A stretch of 64,000 bases of DNA, taken from positions 4,714,001-4,778,000 of the forward strand of contig CM075995.1 of NCBI GenBank assembly GCA_038087875.1, written 5' to 3'. The DNA comes from Malacoraja senta (lineage: Eukaryota). How positions within the stretch are numbered: the stretch's first letter is position 1; the number at the start of each line of letters is the position of its first letter. The translations under genes and the position numbers were made by a program. Below the pieces are notes generated by a model. It searched no databases and was not told where the DNA came from. It worked only from the letters and a program-made list of their open reading frames with translations. Below, one piece after another: positions 50,577 to 62,113 of the stretch.

Positions 50577-52171
50577 GTAAGTAGATTCCTAATTTGGCCA
50601 GGTGGTGAGTCATTCATGTTAATTCCGTGTATTGCTACCTATTTAAAGCACTTAGGTTTAAATCTTGTGCCAGATCTTCTGTAATTTTCTATTTTGTTGG
50701 CACACCAGTCCACAAGTTATTGTCTTGTTGCTGTTATCGTTCATGGAAGAAGATTGTCTGTTCTCCAGCCTTCTGGCACCTTGCCTGTTGCCAAGGATAC
50801 TAAAATCTTGAACCCCCAGCAGCCTCCTCTTGTTTCCCTGGGTATCTTAGGATAGATTCCCCCCTTGTCCTCATTAATGTTTCTCAAGGCACCCCACACT
50901 GTCTGCTTAATATTGTCATAACCCTCAATTAATCTCACCATCATCCATGTCCCTGGTGAATACTGATGCAAAGTACTCATTGAAGACCTCGTCCAGTTCC
51001 CCTATTGTTGTCCTTGAGTGGACCCACCCTTGCTCTTCGACCTGTTCTCTAGTTCCTAATGTACATATAAAATGCATTGTATTTCTCCTTAATCCTACTA
51101 GCCAAGAACATTGATAATCCCTTTTTGTTCCAATTTCTTATTTCTTACCTGATTTTATATTCCTCAGACTATCTGATTTCATCTTCCTGAACATTGCATA
51201 TGTTTTGGTCAAACAATAATTCTTGCCATCGAGCATTCCTGAAGCTGTTATGTCTATTATCCTCTGGAATATGCTAGACCTGAGCTCTAATGAACTGGCA
51301 TTTAGGATTCCTCCTACATGTCGGATGTGGATTTACCCTCAAACAGTTGTTCCTAATCTACTTTCCCCACTTTCTGCCGTACACTTATAATTGGCGTTCC
51401 CCACTCTCCACCCAATTTAGTACCAAATTTGGAGCCCATCTGATCTATATCGATAACTACTATAAAACAAATTATGGTTTCAAAATGCTCCCCTACTGAA
51501 ACTTTGATAACTCTGTTCCCCCCAATAGCACAGGCCCATTCTTAGTTGGGTTATGTACATATTGCTTTGAGAAACTTGCCTGGGTGCACCAAGTCAATCC
51601 TGTCCCACTTACATTCCTGGCAGTAAAGGATTTCAATATTTGGGAAGTTAAAATGAGCTATGACAATAAGGTTTATCTTTCCATGATATGCCTACATGTG
51701 TTCCCCTAGCTCCAACTGGCTATTGTAGGGTGGTGTGGGGGGGAGGGGGGTGCATAATGATGCACCTTATACCCGAGTGCTACTTGTGGATTGCTATATG
51801 GGCCCTCAAAGATGCCTTAATGTAGCCATGACGTAATTCACATCTGAACCATCCATACCCTGGAATTTTAACTGTCTGGTCCTGCCTCTTAACTAAATTT
51901 CTATACTTGCTATAATGCCATAGCTTCATGTTCTCATCCAGGCTCATTTACTGTACTTATTATCCTTGTATTTAAAAATAAATAAAACAATAGTCCTATT
52001 GTCGGCATTATCCTAGCACTGCCAGATTTTCCTATCTGACTTGCTTGACTTCTACCATCTCAATCACTCCACCTGCCAACCTTTACCTTCTGTTCCCTCC
52101 CTAGTTTACACTCTCCTGAACAGCACCAGAAAACATTTTATGTTGCAACATTTTCTATCTTTTCTAAACAG

Positions 52172-52351
52172 AAACTGACTGGACAGAGTGCTGATGAATT
52201 GGGGCTGGAGTCTGAACAAGAAGGTGAGGAAGAACACAGTGCTGAAGAGTTGAAGCTCAATTTGCAACAGGAAGCAGAGTCCAAGCTGACAGCACAGGCT
52301 TTGGAAGATGAATCTGATGAATGTTCTGAGACTGAGAGCGAGGAAGATTAG
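52172..52351 (+). CDS. GMNN: Geminin coding exon 6 (last, acidic tail)
   Basis: Acceptor TCTAAACAG. Encodes KLTGQSADELGLESEQEGEEEHSAEE...SETESEED* (TAG). Total protein 230 aa. Confidence 0.88.
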   Translation, partial: KLTGQSADELGLESEQEGEEEHSAEELKLNLQQEAESKLTAQALEDESDECSETESEED

Positions 52352-52675
52352 GCACAATCATTTACTTGACACTTAAGCTGCTGACACCAAATGGGAGAGA
52401 GATTTTATTCTCCTTGTAGTTCTGGAGAACAACTCCAGTGATGCTGCAATGAACAATGCCAGTTGTAAGAACTGCCATCTTTGTCATCTCATGTACCAGT
52501 AATTGTGTGGGAAATTTTGTTCTGTTGATTGTATGGATGTTAGCTTTGTAACAATGTAATTACTGTATGTGATGGATAGGGTTATTAAATCTGCCTTTGG
52601 TATGTACATGCATTCCAAGAAGGTTATATATTTAAGAACTTGTGCTTTTAGTTGACATTTTAGTATGTACACTAT

Positions 52676-52681
52676 AATAAA
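52676..52681 (+). terminator. GMNN: GMNN polyadenylation signal
   Basis: AATAAA about 325 nt after the stop codon, followed by U- and GU-rich sequence. Confidence 0.7.
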
Positions 52682-54224
52682 TAACTTTTGTAAAGTTTTT
52701 TTTATTTTGCCTTTGGTATTTGGTGGTAAATTTCCTAATTGGCAGCCTGTAAGTCATTTATCACTTTCCAAAAAGCATTGTTTGTTCTTGTGTCCAAGAT
52801 TTTAAAGCAGTTGAGGGAATGCTTGTTTTCAAATATGTAAATAATGAACCATGTCCAATGTGCTGCATATAATTGGCATTATTTCTAAAAGTGAATTGAT
52901 TTTATAAATCTTACAGGGAGGGATTTATGTGACATTTGTATCGATTGTTAACAGTCAGTTCGAAAAGGAGGAGTAAATTTGGGTAGGCAGGTTAAGATAG
53001 AGGCAGAAAAGTCTAATGGTGAAATAGGTAAAAGCAGTCTACAGATGCTAGTATTTAAATTTGCAATATAAAACTGGGCATTTTTTCAGTCTGTTTTGAA
53101 AGATCAGTGTTTCAAATGGTTTGGTTATCACTCACTGATTGTGACTTTTTGGCTTTTTTCAATCTCATTGAGTTGGTAGAAGTTTAAGATCATGGGTACA
53201 AACTCAGTACATGGGGAGTGTGAATCATCAATTGCCCTTGAATGCTTTAGCTGTCTAGATATCCGGGGAATTAACCTAACTGAAGATGAGCAGAACATTC
53301 TGTCTCATTAATGCTCTTCACTCTAGATTCAGTTCAATTGTGTATTCGCAACTCACCAGTGTATATTAATGTCAGTTTTCCAATTCGGGTTCTTCCAGCT
53401 TTGCCTCATCAATTCAGTTCTGAGGCTTTATGTAATTTGATATTAAATTGCATTCAAAATATCAATGATCTGTATTTTCTTCACATTGATTTACTTTCCT
53501 CTTTATAAAAGAACAAGATGGCTTAAAGCATTGAAGGCATGGCTGTTTATTGGGCAAAAGACTATTGGGGTGCAATAGATTTGTGTACACAAGGCCACGG
53601 TTAGAATGACTGGCAGGATTAAAATGACATCTGTCCTTAAGATGGGAATAGCTTGTACCCAGGGTGCAATTTAAATAAAAAGCATTCATATATACCATTA
53701 AAGTTTGCAGAATGTGATTGGTTGATTTACCATGCATATGTAATGAAATATTGGTTCAGATTGAATTTTCTTTTTGCCTTGTTTTATAATAACCGTCTAC
53801 TCTGGCAACATTCAGTTAATTTTAAGTTTTAGTGCTATTAAGTCACTGTTAACTTGTGATTTGGTAAAATACAAGTGTTAAATAGTCTTCCCACTGAAAT
53901 CAAACTGGAATTCTTAAATGTTATGACTATTTAATTGCAATAATATAAACTTGGCTTTCCTCCTTTTTCCCTGAAATGGTGTTTTGATTTCTCACTTCAA
54001 AATGGTTTAAGAACAATTTATGAATAATTGCCCAATTTGGTCAGATTTTAGTGCAGCGAATGACTGTTTTGGATCACAAATATACACTGCATTTTGAATT
54101 TTTTTTAAATAAAGTGCTGGAGTAACTCAGTGGGTTAGGCAGCTTTTCTGGAGGTTATGGATAGGTGCTCTTTTGGATTGGATCTTCAGTCTGCATGTGT
54201 ATGGTTTGAATTGTACTTGTACGG

Positions 54225-55060
54225 TGTGATTTGATTGCAGCGTGTTAGTCTTTTCAACTTTTTTGGGTTTTTTTAGTGTGATTTAAAGTATGTTTTTAAT
54301 GTTTCTTTGTGTGTCGTGAGGGGGAAACCGTTTCGGTCGCCTCCTCCACGGAGAGGAAACTTTTTCCAGGTCGCCTCCCCCGTGGCCTAACATCGAGGAT
54401 CGGGCGGCCTTTCCCGGAGACGCGCACGGGGCTTCAGCAGCAGGCGCAGCGCGGACTCGGCGTGGAGCGGGCGAGCCCTCGCCGGAGGGGAGCGCTCTGT
54501 TTCGCTGGCCCGCGGCAGCCTGATGCCGCGGTCTGCGGAGCTCCAGCTGGCGCGGCATCCGCAGCCTGGAATCCCTCGTTGGGGACCCGGGAGAAGAAGA
54601 AGCCAACACTGCCGGCCCACGGCCTACTTCTACCGCGGGCCCGGCGTGGACTTACCATCACCCCTGGAGGGGAGCTTCGACCGGCGGCCCTGCGGTCTGT
54701 GGTGCTTCTGGCTGCGGCGCGGACTTTAAATCTTCGACCGCCGCCTGCGGCCTACACCAACCTAAAGCCGTGGTCTCCGGTGGGGAAGAGCCGACTCTGG
54801 ACGTACCTGGACTTTTACCTGTCTACATCTGGACGCCCGCAGTGACGGCTGCGGAGGGTTGAGGTCCCAACCACGGGGGAAAATGGAGGAGGACTGGCCA
54901 AATTTTGTGCCTTCCACCACAGTGATGAATGCTGTGGTGGATGTTTGTGTTAAATTTTTAGTGTGTTTTGGATGTTCTTTATCATTGTACCGCTGCTGGC
55001 AAATTCATTTCACTTGCACTTTATGTGCAATGTGACGAATAAAAACGTATTGTATTGATA
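54225..55060 (+). mobile_element. Unclassified GC-rich interspersed repeat with a LINE-like tail
   Basis: CpG-rich body. The 3' end (GCCTTCCACCACAGTG...TTTCACTTGCAC...GTGACGAATAAA) resembles that of 56345-57140. Confidence 0.55.
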
Positions 55061-56344
55061 GCATGCAAACAAGTTTTTTTTCCTCTTGATAGACATGGCA
55101 CTAAACCAATACCGATAAGGAGATGGCAACACGAGGAACTGCAGATGTTGGAGTCTTTGCTTTGAACAGTGCTGGAGTAACTCAGTTGGACAAGATGTAT
55201 CTGTAGAGGTCATGGATAGGTGACATTTTATGTTGGGCCATAATAGTTTATCTGAAGAAGGGTCTTCACCTGAAACTTCATTTATTCATGTCTGCCAGAG
55301 ATGCTGCCTAATCTTAGTTTCTCCAGCACTTTGTAAACTGGTATCTGCAGTTCCTTTTGTCTGTGTTTTTGAATGTTCATCTACTATATGACTAGTAACA
55401 AAAGTGTATCTGAATCAAATGAATAGTGTCCCAATTTAGCTTAATATGGACTAACTATGGTGGTAATATCTTGGTTTGTGCAAACTTTAGCAAATTATTT
55501 CATCATGGTAATAATGTAACATGTAATAGAACGGAGACGAGGAAACACTTCCTCACTAGATAGGCCTCTTTAAAAACAGCAGAGTCGGGATATAGGGAGA
55601 AGGCAGGAACAGGATACTGATTGGGGATGATCAGCCATGATCACATTGAATGGCTAGCTCGAAGGGCTGAATGGCCTACTCCTGCACCTATTGTCTATCA
55701 GTCATGACTAGATCTTAGTGTCGGTGGAGTTTAACTGAACTAGATATACTGTTGGACCAGCAGAATCCCTTGGTGCTTGCATTTGTGTGAAACCAAGTTC
55801 CTGTATAATTAGTCAACGGGTACATCTCGTACTTATCTGCCTAGTCTTTAGCTGCAATGTTTTTGTCTGCTTTTCTGCCAATTGCTAGGTATGCTGCCAA
55901 ACCAGTGGCTACAAATCTCCAAATTTGACCCAGTGTCCGTGTATTGCAAGCTGCCACAGCGTTGAAGATATTAAGAGTCCAGGATTCTGTTTCTTGCCAC
56001 ATTGTTTGATCAGGTAGAATTGGTTCCAAAGTAGTAAATGACGATTGAAACACCAGTGAGGACCATGAGTGAGGAAAAGATCGTTGCTGCCAAATATTGT
56101 TAAATATACAAATATTTGCATAAATAACATAGTTTCCTTAATAAAAATGGAGGTGGTTAGACTGCAAGAAAAAATGAATTGAGGTGATCCCTGCATTACG
56201 GAGGACTTGTTTTGAATTTATTCTTAAACAAAATCCAATTTCTCATTGATCACGATGTTATTAGCAGAGATGTTTCTACAGCATGGTTTTTTCTTAATAG
56301 TCATAATAATACTGCAACTGGTAGTTTATCATGGATGCCTTCTG

Positions 56345-57140
56345 AGTGGTGGTGCCATCGAGTGGCAGCCTTGCCTGCAGCTGTTCGTCCTTTCATCCTT
56401 TTTTATTTTTAGTCTGTCAAAGTTTTGCGTTGGATGTATTTGCGTTGGATGTATTTTTTATGTGGGGGAAGGGGGGAAACTTTTACACAGTTGCTACCTG
56501 GTCGAGGATGCGTCTTTCCTCCGAGCCGCATCTTCGCCTACCATCTGGATTAGCGTGGCGTTTCCTGCCAGAGACCGGCCAGAGCTTCAGCAGCGGCGCA
56601 GCACTGAAGTACCATCACGGAGCGGGTGATGACTTACCGAGGTCCCCGTGTTGGAAGTTCCGGAGTGCTGGGGCTGCCGACTTGAACACTGGAGCTGTGG
56701 TCTGCGGAGCTTCCAGCCGCGGGCGGTGCTGACTTGAACATCGCGGAGCCCTGGGATCTTTCGCCGAGGCCGTCGGTGTTGGAGCTCCGTCCAGCTCGGC
56801 CTGTGGATTTCGGGAGCGGCCGATTCGGAAACTCCAAGCCGCTGAGAGTGTTCTTCCGACGCCGGAGTTCCATCATCCGGCGAGAGGGCCTGAACATCGG
56901 GCCGCCCGTAGCGGCGACTGCGGAGGCCTCAATAGGTCCTGACCACGGGTGAACAAGAGGAAGAGGACGGAACTTTTATTGCCTTCCCTCACAGTGGGGA
57001 AATGTTGATTCTGCTGTTGGTGGGGGAGGGTTATGTTTAATGTTAAATTCTATAGTGTGTGTTTTATCTTATTTGTGTGCTGCATGGTAACTCAAATTTC
57101 ACTGCACCTATTGGTGTATGTGACAATAAATGTTCTTTAA
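56345..57140 (+). mobile_element. Unclassified GC-rich interspersed repeat related to 54225-55060
   Basis: Shares the 3' organisation (GCCTTCCCTCACAGTG...TTTCACTGCAC...GTGACAATAAA). Interrupts the LRR pseudogene. Confidence 0.55.
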
Positions 57141-59309
57141 GTTTCCAAAACCAGTCTCAAGTAGACACCAGCTGCTACTAATAAGTCACCATAGTTCTAT
57201 TAATCTGGAGCAAAAATACTGCTGGAACACTAAGGACCTTATTCCTAGGTAGTAAATTGTGGTTGAAAGATGACACCAGTGAGGACTGAAAAGTAGAGGA
57301 AAAGAACTATTGCTGTCAAACATTTGTAAGTTTACAAATATTTGCTTAAATAACATTTTCCTTTTTATTGTCACATGTATCAAGATCCAGTAGAAAACCT
57401 TGACTGATCAAGACAAATCATACCATCTAGTACATCAGCTAGTGCAAAAGAAAGAAATACACTACAGATTTTATTTAGGAAGTCAGATTTTTGGGTAGAA
57501 AATCCTGTAACGAAAACGACTTGCACACAATTGGCGAGGGGGAGTCACTTATACATGGTAGTTGTAATATTCTACCACCTATCCAATGAAGCTGATAATT
57601 TAACATCTTTTGTCTTGGTCTCTAGTGCAAATTGGAATGTAAATGGTGGTGTAGAGATCAACAAATTTACAAGCAGGGATCATGGCTGCTGTTTTTTAAT
57701 TCATTATTTGTTATGTGTATACTTAAGTTCTCTTAATGATTTATCATCAAGGGTTTTTCTGAACTCCAGACGTATTGGTTTGTTTGGAAATATTGCATGA
57801 GGAGATTTATTTTTTGTTTCTGCTGTATCTGGATTCTTATTGTGTTAAATTTTGGGGTCATTTAAATGCTGAAGTTTCTTGCTGCCCTCTCCTGGAGTAC
57901 CCAAGTCGAGTCCATTTTATTGTCATACGCGCAAGTACGATGAGGTACAGGCGCAATGAAAACCAGGGCAATGAGGCAGAGAGTTAGCCTTGCAGGGCGA
58001 AGGGCGTTGTGTTCGCCTGTCGAAGTGTTGGTGTAGAGCAGCACAAGTCCTTGCAGCAATCTGGGGTTCGATTAGATCGGGCGCTGCCAGTAGGGGCTGA
58101 GCTTGCAGGTTGGACACGGCCTGTGGCAGTGGAGGAGAGCATCGGCAACATTGCTTGGTTAGGCCACCCTGCACATTCTGTGTTCATGTGTTCAGGTCGG
58201 AGGGGAGAGTGGACGCTGGCGCGAAATGGTCGCCGCTGCTCTCTCCTCAAATTGTGTTTCTTATTTTCTTTTGGTGCTTTTGAAATTGAATTCTGTCCTT
58301 GATTTGTGTACTGTGGTGTTTTCTTATTTAATTTATTCCGATTATGTGTTTTCTGTTTTGTTGTGATTCTATGCAATGTAAGGTGTCCTTGGGTTTTAGA
58401 AAGGCGCCAGTAAATAAAATGATTATTATTATTATTATTATTATTATGTGTCTGTCATGTACATTGCTATCATATCTATGCTTCAGGTCTATGGTCTTGT
58501 ACCCTAAGATCTAACGATCCAGCTATTTACTGTGCCCTTTCCTCTAATATTTTATCTCCTGAAGTGCAACACCACACAGTTGTCCAGGTTAAACTCCATC
58601 TGCCATTTCTCAGCTCATATTTTTGATCTATATCCTGCTGCATCTGTTCGACAATCTTCCTCATTATCCACAACTGAATCCATGTATGATCCATAAAGGG
58701 CTCTGAGAAAACAATATGATCAAAAGAATGAAATGCCTGCTTTTGCTGAACTTTTATTTCCCCACACAACAAGCAAAATTGCTTCAGTAAGCTTTTAATT
58801 TACTTTGTTCAAGTAAATAAAGGACTGCCTTATTCAATTTTGACAATTATAAGTTGTTAGTGCCAGGTTAAAGTTGGCATTGTAGTCTGATACTAAACAG
58901 TTACCTTTGACGTAGCAACATAAATCCTTCTGATAAGGTCTGTAAAAATCACTGACCCTCAACGACAATGTGAGCAATTTTAGGTCCCATAAATGACCCA
59001 AGTGGTCATCAAACTTTGACAGCCTTCAATCTGTCAAATGCTTGTTTCTAAATGTCACAAAACAAAGTTAAACATTAATCAAACTGGTAAAACATTAAAG
59101 ATGTAGAAAAAATTAAAATGCAGATACAACTTTAGGATGGTGGAGAATGACAAATCGTATTCCAAAAGCTCCAGAAACACAGCTAACTTATTCCTTGGAG
59201 CTCAGGAGACGGGTGGTCTTATAGAGGTGTATAAAAACATAGAAAATAGGTACAGGAGTAGGCCATTCAGCCCTTTGAGCCAGCACTGCCATTCAATATG
59301 ATCATGGCA

Positions 59310-60840
59310 TGGAAGAAAGGAAGAGGAGGAGCCAGAGGGCTGAGGGAGAGCTGAGAAGGGGAGGAGATAGCAAGGGCTACTGGAAATTGGAGAAGTCAAT
59401 GTTCATGCCGCTCGGGTGATAACTGCCCAAGCGGAATATGTGGTGCTGCTCTGGCCATGGAGGAGGCGCAGGACAGAAAGGTCAGATTCGGAATGGGAGG
59501 GGGAGTTGAAGTGCTGAGCCACAGGGAGATCAGGTTGGTTAATGCGGACCGAGCGGAGGTGTTCGGCGAAACGATCGCCAAACCTACGCTTGGTCTCACC
59601 GATGTAGATCAGCTGACATCTAGAGCAGCGGATTCAATAGGTTGGAGGAGGTGCAGGTGAACCTCTCGTACCTGGAACGACTGCTTGGGTCCTTGAATGG
59701 AGTCGAGGGGGGAGGTAAAGTGACAAGTGTAGCATCTCTTGCGGTTGCAAGGGAAAGTGCCCGGGGAGGGAGTGGTGCGGAAGGGAAGAATTGACCAGGG
59801 AGTTACGGAGGTAGCGGTCTTTGCGGAAATCAGACCGGGGGGGACGGGGGGGAGGGGGGGGAGGAGATGGGAAGATGTGGCGAGTGGTGGGGTCACGTTG
59901 GAGGTGGCGAAAATGACGGAGGACTATTTGTTGAATGTGACGGCTAGTGGGGTGAAACTTTGTGAGGACTAGGGGGACTCTGCCCTTGTTGCGAGTGGGG
60001 GTATGGGGAGAGAGCAGTGTTACGGGGTATTGAAGAGACCCTAGTGAGAGCCTCATCTATAGTAGGGAAGGGGAACCCCTGTTCCCTGAAGAATGAGGAG
60101 ATTTCCAATGCCCTGGTGTGGAACACCTCATCCTGGGAGCAGATGCGGTGTAGACGGAGGAATTGGGAGTAGGGGATGGAGTTCTTACAGGAAGCAGGGT
60201 GGGAAGAAGTATAGTCTAGATAGCCATGGGAGTCAGTGGGTTTATAGTGGATGTCGGTCAGAAGTCTATCACCTGCGATGAAGATAGTGAGGTCAAGAAA
60301 TGGTAGGGAAGTGTTGGAAATGGTCCAGGTGTATTTGAGTACCTGATGGAAGTTAGTGGTGAAGCGGATGAAGTCTGTGAGTTGTATGTGGGTGCAGGAG
60401 GTAGCACCAATGCAATCATCGATGTAGCGGAGGTAGAGGTCGGGGATGGGGCCCTGGTACGTCTCGAACAAGGATTGTTCGACGTACCCTACAAAGAGGC
60501 AGGCGTAGCTGGGGCGCAAGCGCGTGCCCATAGCTGTACCTTGTATTGGCGGAAATGGGAGGAGTCAAACGAAAAGTTATTAAGGGTAAGGACTAGGCGA
60601 AGGAGAGTATCTGTAGACGGGGATTGGTTGATTCTCCAGTCGAGGAAGAACCGGAGGACTTTGAGATCCTCCTGGTGGGGGATGGAGGTGTAGAGTGACT
60701 GGACATCCATGGTGAAGATGAGGGGATGGGGGCCTAGAGATTGGAATGCCCGGAGACGACGGAGAGTGTCTGAGGTGTCTTGAGCATAGGTAGGGAGGGT
60801 TTTAACCAGGGGATAGGATGGAGTCGAGGTATGTGGAAAT
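59310..60840 (-). mobile_element. Penelope-like element, degenerate and 5' truncated
   Basis: ORFs with FTMDVQSLYTSIPH, PSYACLFVG, LRYIDDC, YKPTDSHGYLDYTSSHP and PCNRKRCYTC. Confidence 0.9.
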
Positions 60841-60915
60841 AAGTTCGGTAGGGCACGAACAGGCAGAGACAATAAGTTCGGTAGGGCACGAACAGGCAGC
60901 TCACTTTCAGTGGCT

Positions 60916-61054
60916 TCTTCTTTTTGCGTATGGCGTGCACAGCCTAAAGTTGTAGGACAACTTGTTCTATTTGATCTTATTTGACTGTGCACGCCGGGTT
61001 GATTGCATTATGCAAAACAGGGTGGACCACGTGAAGGTTGCAATCTTCCACCCC
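60916..61054 (-). mobile_element. Short non-autonomous retroposon with a 5' HDV-like ribozyme fold
   Basis: 13-bp TSD ACTTTCAGTGGCT at 60903-60915 and 61055-61067. 3' tail ...CATACGCAAAAAGAAGA. The 5' 54 nt fold into the HDV-type pseudoknot. Confidence 0.8.
61001..61054 (-). ncRNA. Minimal HDV-like self-cleaving ribozyme motif
   Basis: P1 GGGGUGG/CCACCCU with a G1-U wobble, P2 GAUUGCA/UGCAAUC, P3 ACC/GGU, L3 UUCACGU, and essentially no P4. J4/2 reads CAUAA. Confidence 0.7.
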
Positions 61055-61055
61055 A

Positions 61056-62113
61056 CTTTCAGTGGCTGATGTACAAGGACACCCAGGTCTCGTTGCACCT
61101 CCCCTTTTCCTAATCTGACAACATCCAGATAATTGCCTTGTTCTTGCCACCAAAGTGGATAACCTCATCCACATACTGCATCTGCCATGCATCTGTCTGT
61201 CCACTCACGCAACCTGTCAAAGTCACCCTGCAGCCTCATGGCATCCTCATCGCAGCTCACACTGCCACCCAGTTTTGTCATCTGCAAACTTGGAGATGTT
61301 TCATTTAATTCCTTTGTCTAAATCGTATATTGTAAATAACTGGGGTCCCAGCACTGAGCCTTGCGGCGCCCCACTAGTTGCTGCTTGTCATTCTGAAAAG
61401 GACCTGTCAATTCCTACTCTTTGCTTCCTGTCTGCCAACCAGTTCTCATTTCAATACCCTACCACCAATACCATGTGCTCTAATTTTGCACACTAATCTC
61501 TTGTGGGGGACCTTGTCAAAGGCGTTTTGAAAGTCCAGATACACTACATCCACTGGCTCTCCCTTATCCATTCTACTTGTTACATCCTCAAAAAATTCCA
61601 GAAGATTAGTCAAGCATGATTTCCCCCTTCATAAATCCATGCTGACTTTGACTGATCCTGTCACTGCTTTCCAAATGTGCTGCTATTACATCTTTAATAA
61701 TCACATTAAACATCTTCCCCACTACCGATGTCAGGCTAACTGGTCTATAAATCCCGGTTTTCTCTCTCCTTTCTTAAAAAGCAGGGTTACATTATATATC
61801 CTGCAGTCCACAGGAACTGATCCAGAGTCTATAGAACATTGGAAAATATCACCAATGCATCCACGATTTCTACGGCCACCTCCCTGAGTACTCTGGGATG
61901 CACGCCACCAGTTCCTGGAGATTTATTTGCCTTCAGTCCCAACAGTTTACCTAACACCATTTCCTGACTAATGTGAATTTCCTTCAGTTCCTCCCGCTAG
62001 ATCCTCGGTTCCCCTAGTATTTCTTGGAGATTGTGTCTACCTTAGTGAAGACAGAACCAAAGTGCTTGTTTAACTGGTCTGCCATTTCCTTGTTTCCTCA
62101 TTATAAATTCACA
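61056..62113 (-). mobile_element. CR1-type LINE fragment whose 3' tail is at 59238-59308
   Basis: RT region homologous to the 25.3-26.9 kb copy. The whole 59238-62113 block is flanked by TATAAAAA inside an older plus-strand CR1 fragment (59186-59237 and 62114-62495). Confidence 0.85.

Noticed and set aside
52800..54100. TIR domain for the LRR pseudogene, or ARMH2/RIPOR2 exons expected from human synteny
   Set aside because: Only weak fragments (YMNAFY, NVLLIF) were found, with no convincing TIR boxes or matches to those proteins.
54283..54845. GC-rich ORFs (108-178 aa) as a gene or CpG-island promoter
   Set aside because: They lie within a repeat sharing its 3' structure with 56345-57140, with no recognisable protein or splice pattern.
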